This document shows, one piece after another, positions 60,001-64,000 of a stretch of 64,000 nt of DNA (positions are counted from its first letter, which is position 1; each line of letters opens with the position of its first letter). A model generated the notes under the pieces. That model ran no database searches and was not told where the DNA came from. It was given only the letters and a program-made list of their open reading frames with translations. This DNA is from an uncultured bacterium. Its GTDB lineage: Bacteria > Krumholzibacteriota > Krumholzibacteriia > LZORAL124-64-63. The DNA is taken from contig CAVSZB010000006.1 of assembly GCA_963732385.1 (NCBI GenBank), positions 82,357 to 146,356 of the forward strand, written 5' to 3'. A program made the translations under genes and the position numbers.

Positions 60001-63000
60001 ATGTGCTGGGCGCGGACCGTCGGCTCGAACTGGTTGAGCGCGTCGACCAGCACCACGACCCGGCGCTGCGTGGCCGCCTGGCCCAGGAGCGAGGCGAAGG
60101 CCTTGTCGATCTCTTCGGCGGTGGCCCCGGCCGCTTCCTGCGCGCGGCGAGCGTCTTCGGTCTCGGCCACCTGCGGGGAGACGGGCCGCTCGAGCGGATC
60201 GGGCCGGCCCAGAGTCGCCGCGAGCTCTGACACCCAGCGCCGCAGCATGCGGTCCACCTGGCCGGACATCGGAAAGATACCTGCCGCATGGGCGAGCAGC
60301 ACGATCTCTCCCGACACCGAGCGCGGCTGCAGCGCGTCGTACACGCGACCGAAGAGGCTGCTCTTGCCGCCGCCCGACTCGCCGGTGACCGACAGGCCCC
60401 ACACCGCATCTGGTGATGTCGGGCTGAGCGCATGCTCGAGCATGGGGTCGGTGACGGCCGGCCGCTCCACGTAGCCCCGCTTGCGCTCGGCCACGAAGTC
60501 GGTCACCGCGCGGGCATCGGCCTCCTGCCACGTCCTGGGCGCCTCGCGCAGATAGGTGGCCGTCTCGGCGTCGAGGTCGGTCCACAGGTCGGCGCTGACC
60601 TGCCGGTCGAGTTCGTCGAGCCCGGTGAGCTCCTGTTTCGCGGTGTCCCAGCGCAGGGTGTAGTCACGCACCCGGTCGGGCATTTCGCGGCGGATGCGCT
60701 CCTTGAGCGCGCGCAGGCGGCCGGCGGGCGAGTCGGGATCGTCGCTGGGCTGTTCGGCAGGGAAGTGCGCGGACACGGCCGGGGGCATATTCGCGCGGTC
60801 GAGCGTGCGGAAGTAGAACCAGCTCCGCTTGCGCTGGTCGGGGTTCTCCAGCACCGCGTAGAGGATCTCCAGCTCGGTCACGCTGCGGCCGACGACCTCG
60901 ACCGAGTCGGGCAGCCCGGCGTCGCGGGCGGCGGCAGCGATGCGGGCGGCGGGCGGAATCCAACCGTAGCGATCGCCGAGCAGGGCCACGAGAAACGGCT
61001 TCGAGCGCTCGATCTCGTCGAGGCAGACCTTGAGCACCTGCATCTCGCGCGTGGCCTCGTCGGCCTCGCCGACGCTCTCGACGCCCTGGCGCAGGTCGAT
61101 GGTGTCCAGGTAGTGGCACCGTTCGCGAAGCTGTTCGGCCAGGCGGGGAAAGCCGTTGTCGCGCAGGTGATCCCGCTCGGGATGCATGTCGCGGAACGTC
61201 GACGAGATGAAGATCGGGCGGGCTTTCCATTCCCGGTAGGCGTTGAGGGCGCCCTGCAGATCGCCCTGGGCAAGCAGCACGTCGCCGATCTTGTTATGGC
61301 TGACCGACAGGTCGCGCTGCCAGCCCGCGTTCGAAGGATCGGCCGCGGCCAGACGCTCTCGAACCCCCAGGGATTCCCGGTAGGCGTTGAGGGCGCCCTG
61401 CAGATCGCCCTGGGCAAGCAGCACGTCGCCGATCTTGATCTGGCTGACCGACAGGTCGCGCTGCCAGCCCGCGTTCGAAGGATCGGCCGCGGCCAGACGC
61501 TGCATACCGATCTGGTACTCCCGGTAGGCTTTCAGGGCGCCCTGCAGATCGCCCTGGGCAAGCAGCACGTCGCCGATCTTGATCATGGCTGACCGACAGG
61601 TCGCGCTGCCAGCCCGCGTTGGAAGGATCGGCCGCGGCCAGACGCTCGAGCGATTGACGCGCGGCCCGGAGCAAGTCGAAGCGGGGGCCCTCGGTCCGTG
61701 CTTCACCCGTGATCGCCAGGGCGTCGTTGAGGTCGAAAATGACGGCGTTGGCCACGCGGCCGGCGCGTTCGTCGTTGTCACCGTGCATCAATCCGCGATC
61801 CACTCGGTCAGCCGCGCACGCGCCGCGTCGTCCGTGGCGGACTGGACGGCCTGGACCATGACGGCCACCGCGGCGGCGAGGGCGGACTTCGCCTCGGCAT
61901 CGCTCCACTAGAGCGCGCTGAATCGTCGCCAGATAGTTTGCCGCCCGGTCGCGGTCGCCAAGGCCGATCAGGTGGAACATGCTCTCGCCGATGCGCAGGG
62001 GGTCGCCGGGCGGCAGACCCTCGAGATGCCCGGCGATGAGACCGTGCAGACGACGGCGCGCCGCTTCTTCCGCCAGATCGCGGCGCAGCACGGTGTCGCG
62101 CAGCGCGGCGTGGAAGTAGTCCCACTGCGCCTGGGCGCCGCGCTGGACGACATGCGTGCCGAGCGCCCGGCGCACGTCCGCGAAGGCCAGGTCGTCCCAG
62201 GGCTGTCCCGAGACGACCGGCATGAGTTCGCGCAGATCGCTCTCGCGCCAGCCGGCCCGGCTGACGGCGATGAGCGCCGTGAAAGCGCCGGCCCAGGCCT
62301 GGCCGAACCCCCGCTCGGCACGGTCGAGCAGTTCGCCGTACACGCCGGGCACGTCGGCGGGCAGATGCTGCGCCTCGTCCAGTTGCAGCGCCTGCATGCG
62401 CTCGGCGCCGGCCAGGTGCGCGTACTCGCGCTCGGCACGCTCGTAATCGTCGGCTTCGAGCAGGTTCATCTCCTGCAGGGCCAGGGCCAGCCAGAGGGGA
62501 TTGCCGTGAGCCGGACTGCGGTCGGGAAGCTGCTTGGCGAGCAGGGCGTCGAGCACTTGCGGGTTGGTGTCGCGATGGTGCCGCTCGCGGTAGAAGCGCC
62601 GGGCGATCTCGCGGGCCTCCACGTGGGTGACCGGCGGCACCGGCAGCTCGCGGCATCCCGGTCGCGCCGCAAGCGTGGCCGTGGCCTGGCAGGGAATCGC
62701 TGTGGCGATGAACCGGGCGTTCTCGGGCCAGAGCCCCGGCAGCCAGGTCATATGCTGGGCGCGGACCGTCGGCTCGAACTGGTTGAGCGCATCGACCAGC
62801 ACCACGACCCGGCGCTGCGTGGCCGCCTGGCCCAGGAGTGAGGCGAAGGCCTTGTCGATCTCTTCGGCGGTGGCCCCGGCCGCTTCCTGTGCGCGGCGAG
62901 CGTCTTCGGTCTCGGCCACCTGCGGGGAGACCGGCCGCTCGAGCGGATCGGGCCGGCCCAGAGTCGCCGCGAGCTCTGACACCCAGCGCCGCAGCATGCG

Positions 63001-64000
63001 GTCCACCTGGCCGGACATCGGAAAGATACCTGCCGCATGGGCGAGCAGCACGATCTCTCCCGACACCGAGCGCGGCTGCAGCGCGTCGTACACGCGACCG
63101 AAGAGGCTGCTCTTGCCCCCGCCCGACTCGCCGGTGACCGACAGGCCCCACACCGCATCTGGTGATGTCGGGCTGAGCGCATGCTCGAGCATGGGGTCGG
63201 TGACGGCCGGCCGCTCCACGTAGCCCCGCTTGCGCTCGGCCACGAAGTCGGTCACCGCGCGGGCATCGGCCTCCTGCCACGTCCTGGGCGCCTGGCGCAG
63301 ATAGGTGGCCGTCTCGGTGTCGAGGTCGGTCCACAGGTCGGCGCTGACCTGCCGGTCGAGTTCGTCGAGCCCGGTGAGCTCCTGTTTCGCGGTGTCCCAG
63401 CGCAGGGTGTAGTCACGCACCCGGTCGGGCATTTCGCGGCGGATGCGCTCCTTGAGCGCGCGCAGGCGGCCGGCGGGCGAGTCGGGATCGTCGCTGGGCT
63501 GTTCGGCAGGGAAGTGCGCGGACACGGCCGGGGGCATATTCGCGCGGTCGAGCGTGCGGAAGTAGAACCAGCTCCGCTTGCGCTGGTCGGGGTTCTCCAG
63601 CACCGCGTAGAGGATCTCCAGCTCGGTCACGCTGCGGCCGACGACCTCGACCGAGTCGGGCAGCCCGGCGTCGCGGGCGGCGGCAGCGATGCGGTCGGCG
63701 GGCGGAATCCAACCGTAGCGATCGCCGAGCAGGGCCACGAGAAACGGTTTCGAGCGCTCGATCTCGTCGAGGCAGACCTTGAGCACCTGCATCTCGCGCG
63801 TGGCCTCGTCGGCCTCGCCGACGCTCTCGACGCCCTGGCGCAGGTCGATGGTGTCCAGGTAGTGGCACCGTTCGCGAAGCTGTTCGGCCAGGCGGGGAAA
63901 CCCGTTGTTGCGCAGGTGATCCCGCTCGGGATGCATGTCGCGGAACGTCGACGAGACGAAGATCGGGCGGGCTTTCCAGACCAGGGCGGATGCGGGGGTG
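57083..64000 (-). CDS. Giant NLR/STAND-like protein: [DUF4062-NTPase-3xTPR]-[DUF4062-NTPase-12xTPR]; start beyond window; several single-base frameshifts
   Basis: F(I/V)SSTFRDMHPERD, LLGDRYGWIP, SVTELEI (DUF4062); GESGGGKS and VVVLVDALNQ each twice; 48-aa TPR units; stop at 57083. Confidence 0.85.
57257..58890 (-). repeat. Tandem array of 12 x ~144-bp TPR-coding units
   Basis: Unit anchors at 57257, 57401, 57546, 57690, 57834, 57978, 58123, 58267, 58413, 58559, 58704, 58849. Confidence 0.95.
58890..63978 (-). repeat. Tandem duplication of ~2.3-kb DUF4062-NTPase module (offset ~2749 bp)
   Basis: 58890-61229 is nearly identical to ~61640-63978, with scattered substitutions. Confidence 0.95.
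61230..61650 (-). repeat. Internal array of 3 x ~144-bp TPR units (last truncated at module junction)
   Basis: Anchors at 61311, 61455, 61600; AYRE fused in frame to WKARPIF at ~61230. Confidence 0.93.

Noticed and set aside
57257..61650. Diversity-generating retroelement as source of repeat variation
   Set aside because: No reverse transcriptase in the window, and variation is not adenine-restricted (e.g. CAG/CAT)

Overview
This is a very GC-rich bacterial window; a PNPFNP/FlgD-type C-terminal sorting domain hints at an FCB-group lineage (inference). The housekeeping backbone includes a complete alternative complex III operon (actA-G) preceded by iscA, a YyaL-like protein, tricorn-type S41 protease, TatD/TcdA, a sugar ABC transporter with a GH38 alpha-mannosidase, a PAS histidine kinase, a 2-oxoacid dehydrogenase operon with lipoate ligase, and ferritin. 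Three accessory regions stand out. (1) About 12.3-19.1 kb: a putative RiPP cassette with an unannotated 32-aa Cys/Tyr precursor (MKLISLPGFGLVSKPMPCTYKSPLRILCGTYR), two different radical SAM/SPASM enzymes and an ABC exporter, bounded by a duplicated fragment of yyaL. (2) About 43.4-46.9 kb: a lower-GC defence-like cassette (HEPN-like, small HTH-like, XRE-ImmA/IrrE peptidase, PIN) that appears to have inserted into the 3' end of the lipoate ligase gene and displaced its original tail. (3) 57-64 kb: a giant NLR-like gene with a tandemly duplicated DUF4062-NTPase module and 15 near-identical 144-bp TPR units that vary mostly at a few fixed positions. I recognised no rRNA, tRNA, CRISPR array, integrase or transposase. 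All family assignments come from motif recognition by eye, not database searches.
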